This document shows, one piece after another, positions 42,501 through 48,701 of a DNA stretch of 64,000 nt. Location of the stretch: assembly GCA_000002435.2 (NCBI GenBank), contig CM018792.1; one strand, 5' to 3'. Within the stretch, counting starts at the first letter, position 1. Every line of letters begins with the position of its first letter. Under the pieces are notes generated by a model. The model searched no databases and was not told the DNA's origin. It was given only the letters and a program-made list of their open reading frames with translations. The stretch comes from Giardia intestinalis. Its lineage: Eukaryota. Made by a program: the position numbers and the translations under genes.

Positions 42501-44246
42501 GCGCTGTAAGAATCCATCCTTCGAGGCAATTAACGTGTCTGCACGAGAAAACTGGAGCCTATCCTGACATATTTCGCACAGGTCAATGCATCTCTGGCCA
42601 AACGCCTCTGCAGAGGAGACCACTGAAGAATCGAAGGACCACTCCATGAACGGCTGGTCAGGTCTTTGTTTCCGCAGAAGCAGGCAATAGACCGTTTTGT
42701 GATACTGTGGAGGAATATGGTTAAGTGCAGCAGGGTTATCGTAGCTATCCTCTGTCCCTTCGCCTTCTTCAGTTCTCTCATCGGGCTCGGGAACTGGCTC
42801 CGGCTCAGGAGGAGGCAGCGCGCCCATCTGTGCCTCTGCCTCAATGGCTGCCTTTTTGGCCGTTTCTATTTCTGTAACAAGGTCCTCGTGCTCCTTTGTA
42901 TTGTCACACGCCTGCTTATATAGCAATATCCACGAATTGATGATTGCATTGCATCCAATAAGATCGTGAATAGACCGGAGACTGTCCCCGACAAAGATAT
43001 CATACAGGCTAACCATGGATACCAGGCTATTAACCACAAGCGACGAGACACGCCGCAACAGCCCAGACAAGTTAGCCACGTTAGAATAGTATGCTGACTG
43101 GGCACTTATTAGCTTTATTTGGCAGAGAAGATCCGGAAGAACTGATGCGATATCGTTTAGATCTTTTGTGGTCATCAGGGATCTACAGGCGCCCTCAATA
43201 GTCCCCAAAAACTTTAGGTTTGACATGCTTTCATTTGTGCGCTCCTTGATAACTGCAGCAAGCTCGTCGAAGGTGTCAGCGTACTGTGAGTGTGCCAGCT
43301 TCAAGGTCTCAATTACATTACACAGCGCCCTTGAGCGTAGCTGGTCCAGAACCGCTGTGAGGTCTGCAGCCCTAGTCTTCCAGTAACACAGCTCGTCCAG
43401 AGGGTCCTGCAAGCGAGGAAACGGGTGATACTTCGTTGCACAGGCATTGAGCCCTCGTGCTGCCTTTTTGCTAAACTGAGTGATGGGCCGAGATGCATCA
43501 TCAGTCTTTGGAGCCGTCCCTGGCGTTATTGCTTGTTGAGCAGTCATTGAGGTCCGTGCCATGGAGTGCACACCCGAAAGCAGCTCTTTGATTTGGCGTG
43601 TCCAATGGACAACGAGAGATTCTAACCGAGGTATGAGCTCTTTGTTGCGCGAGCCCTCTACTGGGTCTAGATCCTCAAAGCTAGGGATATACAGAACGGT
43701 TCTCCCCTTTGCAAGATAAGTCGTCTCAGTCAAGCTGGCCATATACCGCTCAATTTGGCTTAGAAAGTCGTCTCTAACACTAGATGGCCAAGTGTTGAAG
43801 GAACGAATCCAGGGAGAGTAAACAGAATTCATGGCATTCAGTAAGGACTCTGTGACGCAAGGAGACACCGTCCCCATCTGAATGTGATTTCTCCAGTCGG
43901 TGAAGTCGGCCGGCATTGTTTCAAGTCGGACGAAGTAGTAGATACTGAAGGCTAGCGTCGGCTGAGAAGTGTCCGACTTTGCCGCTGAAAAGTCTGTTGT
44001 ATTGGATAGAGAGTGAACAACCTCGAGTTTGTGTAGTTTCTCATTGAACCATAAAAAGAGTGAGCAGTGAGCGGAGTCTGTCGGATTGGTAAACTCTAAA
44101 AACAGCTCGTGGTATGGATCCATGTCCGTGAGCTCGATCCTATAGCCCCCGGAGGCACGCATGATATCGAGAATGAAATACAAGAACTCCTGGTCGACCG
44201 GCACCAAGTTTGTGCCCTCGACGCCACCACTCATGACCGAGTCCAT
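27513..44246 (-). CDS. dynein heavy chain, 5577 aa, single uninterrupted ORF
   Basis: AAA1 P-loop GPAGTGKTETTKDLAKA with CFDEFNR. AAA2 GNSGSGKTT. AAA3 GVSGTGKTS. AAA4 LLIGSGGSGRSSMTRLAAH. Long coiled-coil stalk region. Conserved C-terminal domain. N-terminal tail of about 2500 aa. Lys-rich insertions (NKKKKKEEK; KKEKEKKAKK...KKKKK). Confidence 0.95.
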   Translation of the reverse strand: MDSVMSGGVEGTNLVPVDQEFLYFILDIMRASGGYRIELTDMDPYHELFLEFTNPTDSAHCSLFLWFNEKLHKLEVVHSLSNTTDFSAAKSDTSQPTLAFSIYYFVRLETMPADFTDWRNHIQMGTVSPCVTESLLNAMNSVYSPWIRSFNTWPSSVRDDFLSQIERYMASLTETTYLAKGRTVLYIPSFEDLDPVEGSRNKELIPRLESLVVHWTRQIKELLSGVHSMARTSMTAQQAITPGTAPKTDDASRPITQFSKKAARGLNACATKYHPFPRLQDPLDELCYWKTRAADLTAVLDQLRSRALCNVIETLKLAHSQYADTFDELAAVIKERTNESMSNLKFLGTIEGACRSLMTTKDLNDIASVLPDLLCQIKLISAQSAYYSNVANLSGLLRRVSSLVVNSLVSMVSLYDIFVGDSLRSIHDLIGCNAIINSWILLYKQACDNTKEHEDLVTEIETAKKAAIEAEAQMGALPPPEPEPVPEPDERTEEGEGTEDSYDNPAALNHIPPQYHKTVYCLLLRKQRPDQPFMEWSFDSSVVSSAEAFGQRCIDLCEICQDRLQFSRADTLIASKDGFLQRHTNSNAGAEQNGKQHIKENTFSATPKTETIELPNGLTVDMSLLSQIGKPPYDNLNTASLADINSAEYLLPKFGGSLGQMIRRSFREIQRTFLRHLALLSRVPYNHFDVRSNSWHESVAAYRQGIKALTIFTENIISTNFSQSSHSVVETCAILEAFSHLSSRPAFRRSVEKKTLDTVRLFIEKAGQIKSQFELLRTASNTTNVESKPSEARDTKRTTKLAAAKAPLGTKARSTKAVSGANSGTAKASAKVALSGTDEHAQPERKLDVDQASASMATTVAHSTVLTFASFQPRIAMNSVNIKRLLSALERDWDALVIWLSPGARQVASELLNRERRNAAAAASGVGTNDSRQAVELLVNYSRDEREAIEIYAKTKALFESYIDRNFREWVSSIKSYNFEAELEKPIMALTPIPDALKEKLNVDSALNALDMGTSSDKAKKAPQAKDEPHEETTNTILLLNRVSLQYPVSIKNCLQEVMYWSKLGYDIPENAKQLYSRRTALHQKKELVSLCVSEVNRVVDNLAPDEILLFRSRLSELSNYLSDAWTKIGWNTRGLLQFIMKARKLAIEAFALTCLFHNKRKTIEDCIRSLSSISLINCKLCADTSSSSSLSHAQSMEQSLADDDDAQLGERSSTSGPLQLSEFVSNQRVTLDSATRQFFETLNLAEDSLVSCYNIFRKDGPSVQAEWIQFVSQIESRIEVSLLALFVQSFEELAFIMTGRRSRPLDMSAYKPEAIPIFKLFLVLTKHPIISPSVDELNGAVVTVLRSAILGIVERIERFHISLSAKERRLREMRIAEAERIFQEKIDQREREGLQTSPAEIAVLRADIDEWASLKMPEYKVRIPYLDLFRFAINILDQPANTVTVYSPSSCPDEATDQQAKGINTNALGHAIAWIRYSLDAVCKQATTYAGNFARYSELWLEDMRGYEIRHNLLSQPLSVYEDTLKSFQRLEADLQQEESHIHLSVIQLDCTNLKTELARKSADFQSYLIDVLQEKAFSELKLVTNDLNEMILLLDKESRDLDDLQRQITNLDSAKVLIGSINERCQPIGQKFQLLMTLEANVSADKLVILNGLTDLITKAKGAIDSAQLKVAVERTKFRDQVTRDQANLTQACMDLKTLVQSEGPYSPNVVTKAIEGVALTAEDIQQAERILHRFENKYDDLLQLKEQVEHGLRIFQAEFKDVKELSIIQGMIKQLKSIWSIASAWNNYYSSVKRTQMRHIDHEQLDAEIKKNQISVRKLPNDTKAFPVSKTLALQLEEYRPVPAVSQDLKNTAMRPRHWAQISEITGIYLLIPKDTPNILGPASGGEPIAKLSNLVSSGVNLDSSTTSAGLSSSAVNNEAYDKVIIDPDSMHFTLHFIISSGLMVHAESIAAISSGATQELFIEEGMRDIVKKWHMLELNVATYQSKSYGGDVRNKPTYYILKGLEDLFANLEEHSLSISTMKGSKYARAFEQELDTWDAVLSQVSEGIEIILNSQRAWMYLETIFAASDDIRKQLPAESQLFDEANELWKKSMTRIHREKRVLVCFDILELLQTNIGSKINLRRSSVIIKSMLEISQTLDQIQKRLEDYLERKRVSFPRFYFLSNDELLEILAQSKNPLAVQPHIRKCFDAMKSLDVTDKAGTNISQYTDVSQLKPNTVVIASGMRGDCGELVPFLRNIICTGVPVEVWLGQVEDCMRATLKDMAPRCLLDMVNGKLPLEILLGKWPGQLTIASNQIRWTQHVAHALSSGAKFLDKTKLEAPTLRNKKDTFDRPGEDGLDGGDETAAEEPQEELDDEAFLMQQLMQTPGFQDCLDTVRRNLKNSRKRSMIFLSKLTEIVRKQRSEFVVPQAAPYPCNFQGSLIQNKVRSHITLEVHNRDIIEELYHAKVYNDQCFEWFSQLKYYLELVGSDFDQPSNKKKKKEEKREDMTMCIVIRQTTSILAYQYEYLANTGRLVCTPLTDRCYVTLTSALQLRKGGAPQGPAGTGKTETTKDLAKAISIQCLIFNCSEGLDYKSLGRMFSGLCQTGAWSCFDEFNRLYVDVLSVVAQQVGTILAAISKNASRFVFEGREISLKRTCGVFITMNPGYAGRSELPDNLKALFRPISMCVPQMQLICEIMILSEGFATAKSLGMKAKTLFELSNLQLSKQGHYDFGLRAMKAVLLTAGMLKRSHPEYPEDMIMMRSLKYSTEPKLVRQDTLLFTGLISDLFPGVELQDVSYGLVEAGVDIEMAVRNIHINTKQRDKIFQFLETQESRHGVMVIGNSGSGKTTCYEVLAAARARAKKAYTEYLEATQPKGAVQAKAFLKNPYCIMIKHVVDSQEIPFKAVSPYLYLLQKLYKDETGTSKHIQETVYLAKCIHYMKDVYKYDSNTGAYAFTPARDQKDTTVGDVLVEPVYDEKVRTPYDDAYDVVIDYINPKALNINQLYGAFDMATQEWVDGVVSNCIRSSSALGNDPNNKTYYTTLFDGPVDTLWIESLNSVLDDSKILTLVNGERISFPKAVNFLFEANDLSQASPATVSRAGMIYCDLSDIEWRWLYRHGIDKFYRSRTRNELVRERYGTFQFNLERAIAKVKENEGDSSNYKELIKHDVPAETNQLIIDTLEGYGMKLFNKVFDAKEQGILTQSIDYSVYSMMRTFFNMFEALAQPHNGVWIDIFDNDGMVQRVVEMYIVFSLVWAFGGSLDSDGRQHFDLIIREVEGALPVADTVWDYKVDHGRRSWVHWNEVLPRGWRPNPAIPLYSTLVPTVDTLRTEYVVKTAILHAAIESIEIRNYHTVGPANSYTTSYGVMLYGVSGTGKTSIFKNIIIPALEQGLITNSAYEYYSTLQVACDGATNLEKMFVGGNIGKYNIVSLGLSAQTSPQRLQAVLESRLQPRSTTSMGPVGGKRLLAFFDDYNLPQRDAFGSQPPLEFMRQVMDRGTMYRQKKDKYYLSSILDVDIVPAMAVPGGGRNPICARNLSLFSIFGIDSPSENVLKGIFHTLLNAHFALGFDEQIRQMVDTLVTSGIEIYAQVSSSLLPTPLKPHYVFNLRDLSKFFLSLMKADPQQQTTQDSIVRLWTHECLRVYHDRLVETDRPWFFDLLSSKLGNHFNTTLSRVFYEKQPPLFVDFLETKWISTIPNNQDPDTEVGVFQEITSKKMLKTFMEEKLREYNNSGAASMNLVLFNDAIDHCCRIARILSSPSGHALLIGSGGSGRSSMTRLAAHLQRQTVFSIDLAKNYGVAQFREDMKKLFLMAGVDNQAVCFLLSDQQIADEAFLEDVNSILSSGEIPGLFTQDEMSQIRDALSPVCKQYGMSETMENCYQMLLQRSKVNLHIVLAFSPSGEVFRRRLRMFPSLVGSCTLDLFGDWPTSALEEVALYFLSDFKELDEFENMQRVLEIDENGNIVEEKAQPPATTARGGSSQNSSRDESDTTDPTRMSLRRKLAKAFVTAHDVSHKTALEMELASKRKVHVTPAGYLSLVRLYRDILLQQRHKITNDINKLKGGINKLMETRETVEEMRKELETTKVVVLESQENCENLLANIAVQQREIDEKQRLIQIDSEKLMKEKEVLMGQMKEAQKDLDEATPALEAAQKALESLDSKDIYEIRSFTQPPELVKLVLAGVMTLLNRDTDYKSAKIVMGEGQFLEKLINYDVNNIPETMLKKVKRYYMDKNYTVDAIGRVSVAGKSLCLWVRAVYEYACVYKVVKPKQDALEDAKNKLAEKERALQAAQDELARIAAAVEKLKSEHASAVAERDRLRRLAEELALKLNRAEKLISGLGGEKERWTKKIQTLTYNLSSLPGDCLTAAAFISYAGGLTGRFRSYVLTEWVNAVNVWMIPCTDPEKYSVSEFLAGQALIYQWSLLGLPKDNFSAENGILITTSNRTPLIIDPQRQATRWIKRLFFEAPEYSKTDVGNVQQSEESEGGTLKLEVGTQQSKKPPKQSSNPDENLKIINAKDADAVKQIEMCIQYGTPVLLEDVGEQIDPSLDVIIRKDIIKKQGRRFIKIRDKEVEWNDNFRIFVSTRLPNPLYTPEVFAKACIINFTIIKEGLTDQLLGAVVSKERPDLEESKNKIVLNTANMRVKLQFLEDEILRLLATSSGSLLDDEELIATLENSKVTSAEITKQLETSAITEKKIDMARRAYQPVSERASLLYFVLEDLGSVDPMYQFSLEAYMKLFINSINNSQKHEDVSARIRLLNDYHTYAVYKYCCRGLFTRHKILLSLHMCVKILESYGRINMSEYAFLLKGGQVFDKSQQPPNPDPTWISGAMWDSLCILDKMPAFSNLLPSIEQRLKDWYTNYYVHDTPEKAPLVGEWDTQLNELQKMLVLRCFRPDRLINAIYTFVANSIGAQYTNPPPFDLGLALTDSSPQIPLLFILSQGADPTSQLLAFAKSCGRADKLDQISLGQGQQEVAVKAVQRSMKEGRWVLLANVHLTPSFFSVLEQLVEDIPHSAPHKDFRLWISSDPTNVFPISVLQTSIKITTEAPSGVRANLQQLYTYIDKPILERLQVRDSYHVPQEEQENMFSMTPDEKDDAYRKLLFGISFYHTLLVERRKFGSLGYNIQYQFTQSDYETAVEVLSMYLQLYDTIPWNALKYLVASIIYGGRVIDDLDRRVLNVYIDHVFCQTAIKRDGYLLAPPLSEYVIPQRGSLQEYRDYITTLPQVDLPAVFGQHSNSEVASRKVESLTLVETLLTIQSIDGSSSGEVDDKKKEKEKKAKKVADDGDGDEDGTKKKKKESTGLSARDERMIKLAQDIIHSLPAPITNLPPPITDINDQTAPLKAVLLQESERHMRLRNIISDDLTTLQRGIRGLTMMSAYLDEVLNDLQVGKVPASWGIIYKSTKSLAPWSRDFIKRVEQLQKWANVGSLKSYWLGGLSLPTAFLTALQQQASRRMNIAIDQLEWGFQVTRYLDPLRDIDDRSVPAFGDGFYAHDFYLEGANWDLDVGYLKEPRLMDLYLTLPIIRFKPQEAKKKTAKFQQVFYECPCYYYPVRTGSREQPSFVINIWLHSGYDKPAKWVKRGTAILLNLGD

Positions 44247-44363
44247 TTTTTACTTTCAATATTTACTTTCCACTTCCAGCACTTGGGCTTCATGGTAAAC
44301 CCAGAGCTGCCATGAGAAAATATTTACCAACAGGATATAGTGATCAGCAAGAGAGGTTGTCCA

Positions 44364-44702
44364 TCAAAGGGTCTCTGGCCAAGGCCGGAGAATACAGGGC
44401 GTGCTCACGGTAAGGACCTCACATATCAAGTAGGTACCGGACCTGGCTATCGTGTGCAGTGCAGTTCCTGGAGAGACCCCTGCGTCCTTATACCGGATTA
44501 CTCCATATGTGGCGTCTAAACGTAGCCCATCATCGACACAGAGTACCCTGAGGGCTATGGATGACTCTGAGACATGGATTGCTTGGGCAAGAACCCTGTC
44601 ACCAGAGCGTACGACTTGCAAACGCTTATGCGTGGGCCCGTGAGGCTCGGTTATGCCTTCATTGAAGCCTTTACGCAAGCAGCCCTCCACAGCGCTATTC
44701 AT
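44364..44702 (-). CDS. small hypothetical protein, about 112 aa
   Basis: Track ORF begins at a GTG (44762). In-frame ATGs at 44750 and 44702. ATG 44702 is preceded by CTCTTTCATAAA. No domain recognised. Start uncertain. Confidence 0.35.
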   Translation of the reverse strand: MNSAVEGCLRKGFNEGITEPHGPTHKRLQVVRSGDRVLAQAIHVSESSIALRVLCVDDGLRLDATYGVIRYKDAGVSPGTALHTIARSGTYLICEVLTVSTPCILRPWPETL

Positions 44703-44789
44703 TTTATGAAAGAGACTTAGAAGAGGCGGTCCAAGCGTCTGCCCTGGCATGGCAGCCCTCACCGGCCCAGGAAGAGAGCTTGCAAAGGT

Positions 44790-45671
44790 TTACTTAAAGA
44801 TTGTGCTCAGGACGGAGATGACAATGATAGCAATGACTGCTATTATGACGCCCCAGATGATAAGGCACTTCTTCGAGCATTTGTGGTGCTTCTCTGCCTT
44901 TTTGAGATGTTCCACGCCAGCCTCCACGTCGTCATCCGCGGCTTTCACATTGGCCTCGATCCGGTTGATCGTCTCCTGGTTCGCATGCACCTCCTCTGCC
45001 ATTAGGCCCATCATGGCCAGTACCTCTGCTACATCGCGGTGGATATTCTGGATCAGCTCTCCTTCACGCTCGTCCACGAGCTCCATCTCCTGAAGCTCTT
45101 GGCGGAGCATCTGCTCCTCGGCCTTCTCATTCTCTGCCTCGCCTGCGGGTCTCTGTGCGTCATACTGGGCGGCGCGGATTTTGTTTCCGATGTTATCCAA
45201 GAGATGGGTAAGCTTCTTCATAATGCTGTCCAGCTGGGTCTCCTTGTTAGCCACGGTCTGCTGGTAGGATCTCTTCTTCCCAGCAATGATTACTGACTGG
45301 GCATCGTCTAGAGCCCCTTTGCGCTGGAGCGCTGCCTGCTGTTTCCCAAGATCTTTAATCGACTCTGTAACCTCTCTGAGCATTCTGCCCTTTATCTCCG
45401 CGACCTTACCATTTATCGTGTTCTTAAATTCTTTCAGCTCTACTTCGGTGTTGATAGACTCTGCCTTGCGTGTCGCTTCTGACAGGGAAACGATTGCATC
45501 GTCAACCCGCTTAATGGCGCTATTAATGGCCTCGTAGGCAGTGAGTATTTCCTTAGGGACAGGACTCGTTCCGGAACTAGTGGCCGTTTTGCCTGTAGCG
45601 GGCTTTTCAACCGGCAGGAGACTCTGACTGTCGTTGGGTTCGTCTATAAAGTCGTCATACATGTTCTCCAT
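44790..45671 (-). CDS. syntaxin-type Qa-SNARE (t-SNARE) with C-terminal transmembrane anchor
   Basis: SNARE motif ...REGELIQNIHRDVAEVLAMMGLMAEEVHANQETINRIEANV... with central Gln. Followed by KCSKKCLIIWGVIIAVIAIIVISVLSTIFK TM helix at the extreme C-terminus. N-terminal Habc-like helices. Confidence 0.8.
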   Translation of the reverse strand: MENMYDDFIDEPNDSQSLLPVEKPATGKTATSSGTSPVPKEILTAYEAINSAIKRVDDAIVSLSEATRKAESINTEVELKEFKNTINGKVAEIKGRMLREVTESIKDLGKQQAALQRKGALDDAQSVIIAGKKRSYQQTVANKETQLDSIMKKLTHLLDNIGNKIRAAQYDAQRPAGEAENEKAEEQMLRQELQEMELVDEREGELIQNIHRDVAEVLAMMGLMAEEVHANQETINRIEANVKAADDDVEAGVEHLKKAEKHHKCSKKCLIIWGVIIAVIAIIVISVLSTIFK

Positions 45672-46032
45672 CGGTGAGCAATGCCAATTACCGTTTCAAA
45701 GATTTACTTTTTAGTCTAACTTTTTTCAAATTTGCTACTAACTTTTACTCTCTCCAAGCAGTTGCACTTACACAGCGCGTCAGTTGGTGCCCATTTTCTT
45801 GTATCTGGTTGCTACCTTCAACATTCTCTAAGCCTTACTAAACCTCCTGAGAACTATGATGGAGCACATACAACGCTCAATGCTATTCTCTGTGTGCTGT
45901 TCCGCAATTAGTATATCTCAGTTCAGAACAAAGTAGTTCACAACCTACTCTCTTGTAAGGCATGTTCATGACCAAAATTGTGCATGAGTGAACCTTAAGA
46001 TAAATCATCTGCTTGGTTTAACGGTGGACACC

Positions 46033-48603
46033 ATGTTTCCAGGGGCGCTCAGTTCTTTGTCGGTAGACTTCGAAACTGCAGAAACAGAATTCGAGACCAA
46101 ACTGGAGCAATTTGTGATGGGACTCAATAGAGATACAGCGGACCTTCAGCAAGCATCATTCCTTGTAAGGGCGTCAGGCTACGAACATAAGTTGCCAGTG
46201 GTGTTTTCGCGAAAAGTATATGCACTAGCATTACAATTGAAAGAGAAGAATCTTGGCAACGCTAGGGAAATTATTCTCCAGTTTCTCAAGAATGTGGTTA
46301 TCTCCTCCACTTATATTCCGCGCCTGGAGCATGCTGCGCTTGGTTACCTGGAAAGGTGCATCAGCTCCTTCGGAATTTATGTTTACTCCGCTAAAGAAGC
46401 TATCGTGCAGCTACTCGTCGATGTGCTTTTGGGTGTCTATAATCTACCAGGAAAGGCTCCACACGACTTACTGATTCATAAGATACCCCACAAAGTAGCA
46501 TGGGGAATCGTCGGGGCTATCTCCATGGTGTCATTCGAGACCGACGATGACATGTCTGCACTTGCCACCGGCATCCGATTGTCGCTGCAGGCGTACAAGA
46601 AGGATACCCCACTGACTAAGACCCGGCTCAACCAGCTGGTTATGTTATTCCGCGTTTCACTTGAGGTTGAGAACTTGTTTAAAATACAATCTTCTCTCTA
46701 TTGTTCTCCCACGATATTTTCACAGGTGTATGGAGATATTTTCTTTTCTGCTCAGAAGGACCCACTGGTACGCTTGGTGCAGGATGACGTCACAGCAATC
46801 CAGGGATACGTAGAGCTCTTAGTGATTCCATCTACCAACATCGCCCATCTTGTGCATCTGTGTCGCGAGATCTCTTTGGCCTCAGTATCTGATGAGGACC
46901 TTCCTAGCCTAGTGCGTGATCGAGACACTAACCAGGAGCTGGGATGCACAACGATTGCTACTCTATGCGCATTTTACAAGCAGGTCATTTTCTCCGGGCA
47001 TCAGGTGGGCAAGGAGATTCTAGAAAACATCCGGATTGCTGCCAATAAGCAGCTAGCAAAGGGCCCTCTGTACGAGTTTCTTTCTCCGGTGGCTGACATT
47101 CGTTCCATCTTGCCTTTTCTCTTCTTGAATCATCCACCTACCTTTTTGATTGACATGATAGAACTTTCGCTTTCGTTGACATATAGGAATATACTACGTG
47201 TTCTACGTGACCCACTGTCTGACCAAAACGAAGTTGATGACGCAGAAACTTCTGCAGGACAGCTGATCGGTTTTCTAGTGCAGGCAATCATTCAGCTTGG
47301 AGGATCCTTTGTTATCGAGTGTGCTGAAGCCAAGCAGTTGGCAGAACGTTGTCTCGAGAGGGTAGGCAGGGTTCTAGCTATTATCTTTGATCAGTGGCAG
47401 AGACACAAGGAGTCTGAGGCCCCAGTGAAGACGCACGCGTTGCAAACACTGCACAGACAGGCAGATATGATTGCTTTTATGTTAGGAACTGAGATTGATC
47501 TCTTGGAAGCCCTAAAGCTTCTCTGCAAGGGCAATATGTTGGCGACTGATAAGCTTCTGCAGTGTATTCAAGAGCTGAGGCTTTGCTATCGAGCCATGAT
47601 AGATGACAACAGCACAAGTGATACACCTCTTTCCCTTGTCTGTCCATACGTAACACTGGTTAGACATAGGAGTGAGTCGAGTACGGGGGCTTTCCCCATG
47701 ATCCGCTACGAGCTGCTCACATCAAATGTAATGCTCTGCATCAGCACACTCTATACCGCACGCCTGGAGGAAGTTTTCAGAGGAAGAAACATACTTATCG
47801 ATACAGGCTCCAGGGTGATATTCGAGTACGCTCTGAACTCCTTCAGCGTCAACATCAGCACATATACCATTGTGATGCTTCTTCTCCTGTTCCTTCAGTC
47901 GGCTGACTTTGCGCCTCCCTTGCGGTTTAACAAGTTCGTGAGCAAGTTCTTTACATCATTTGCCATGGAAAGTACCCTTAGCTCGCGCGTACTTATTACC
48001 AGATTGATTTTGGGATTGGTATTTGATGTGCCGTTTATTTGCTTAAGCAAGACCGGCCATTCTGTCTCAGCTAAGCAAGTGGACTACACAGACGGCTTCA
48101 TCACCTCCTTCACAGACATATCTGGGATCTTGAATTGTAGCACAATATCAGAGATTGGTATAAGAGGAGATTCTATCGATCGTTTAGCAACCCTATTCGT
48201 TTATGCCAATCCTTACGTTACAGATGTGCTTACGGTTCTTATTGAGCAAGGCTTTGATCTCTATGACCCTGAGAGGCACCTGATCAATATGCATTTCCCT
48301 GAATATATCTTTCAGTCTGACCCTCGCTCACCGCCAGGCGTCCCGTCACAGTGCAACAGTGATTCCTTTGCTGATGTCCACACTCCTCAAAGTCGAAAGT
48401 ACATCGCTCAACACCATCTTTCTCTAAAGGCGGCAATAGCTCAATGTGTCAAAAGATCCAAGAGTTCACTTTTAAAAATACACAGCGAAATAAGTAGGAA
48501 GTGGTCAATAGAATTGGATACTCTAAAGATTATTCTTGGGGAGCTAGTGGACACTGGGGTCCTTGAGATTGATGAGCAAGGTTTGTATACATTTGAGATA
48601 TAA
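46033..48603 (+). CDS. hypothetical protein, 856 aa
   Basis: Track ORF starts at GTG 45988. First ATG at 46033. Long helical protein. No domain recognised. Confidence 0.5.
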   Translation: MFPGALSSLSVDFETAETEFETKLEQFVMGLNRDTADLQQASFLVRASGYEHKLPVVFSRKVYALALQLKEKNLGNAREIILQFLKNVVISSTYIPRLEHAALGYLERCISSFGIYVYSAKEAIVQLLVDVLLGVYNLPGKAPHDLLIHKIPHKVAWGIVGAISMVSFETDDDMSALATGIRLSLQAYKKDTPLTKTRLNQLVMLFRVSLEVENLFKIQSSLYCSPTIFSQVYGDIFFSAQKDPLVRLVQDDVTAIQGYVELLVIPSTNIAHLVHLCREISLASVSDEDLPSLVRDRDTNQELGCTTIATLCAFYKQVIFSGHQVGKEILENIRIAANKQLAKGPLYEFLSPVADIRSILPFLFLNHPPTFLIDMIELSLSLTYRNILRVLRDPLSDQNEVDDAETSAGQLIGFLVQAIIQLGGSFVIECAEAKQLAERCLERVGRVLAIIFDQWQRHKESEAPVKTHALQTLHRQADMIAFMLGTEIDLLEALKLLCKGNMLATDKLLQCIQELRLCYRAMIDDNSTSDTPLSLVCPYVTLVRHRSESSTGAFPMIRYELLTSNVMLCISTLYTARLEEVFRGRNILIDTGSRVIFEYALNSFSVNISTYTIVMLLLLFLQSADFAPPLRFNKFVSKFFTSFAMESTLSSRVLITRLILGLVFDVPFICLSKTGHSVSAKQVDYTDGFITSFTDISGILNCSTISEIGIRGDSIDRLATLFVYANPYVTDVLTVLIEQGFDLYDPERHLINMHFPEYIFQSDPRSPPGVPSQCNSDSFADVHTPQSRKYIAQHHLSLKAAIAQCVKRSKSSLLKIHSEISRKWSIELDTLKIILGELVDTGVLEIDEQGLYTFEI

Positions 48604-48701
48604 TTGTCCGCGGAATCTATCTTGACGTACTAGCCACATTTCGCCGACACTGGACAGGGAAACCTTTTAGAACCTTTTGACAAAAGGTAGCCAACAGATG
48701 C

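Noticed and set aside
44749-45093. 114-aa plus-strand ORF
   Set aside because: It is antisense to the syntaxin SNARE motif and TM anchor. The track start is non-ATG.
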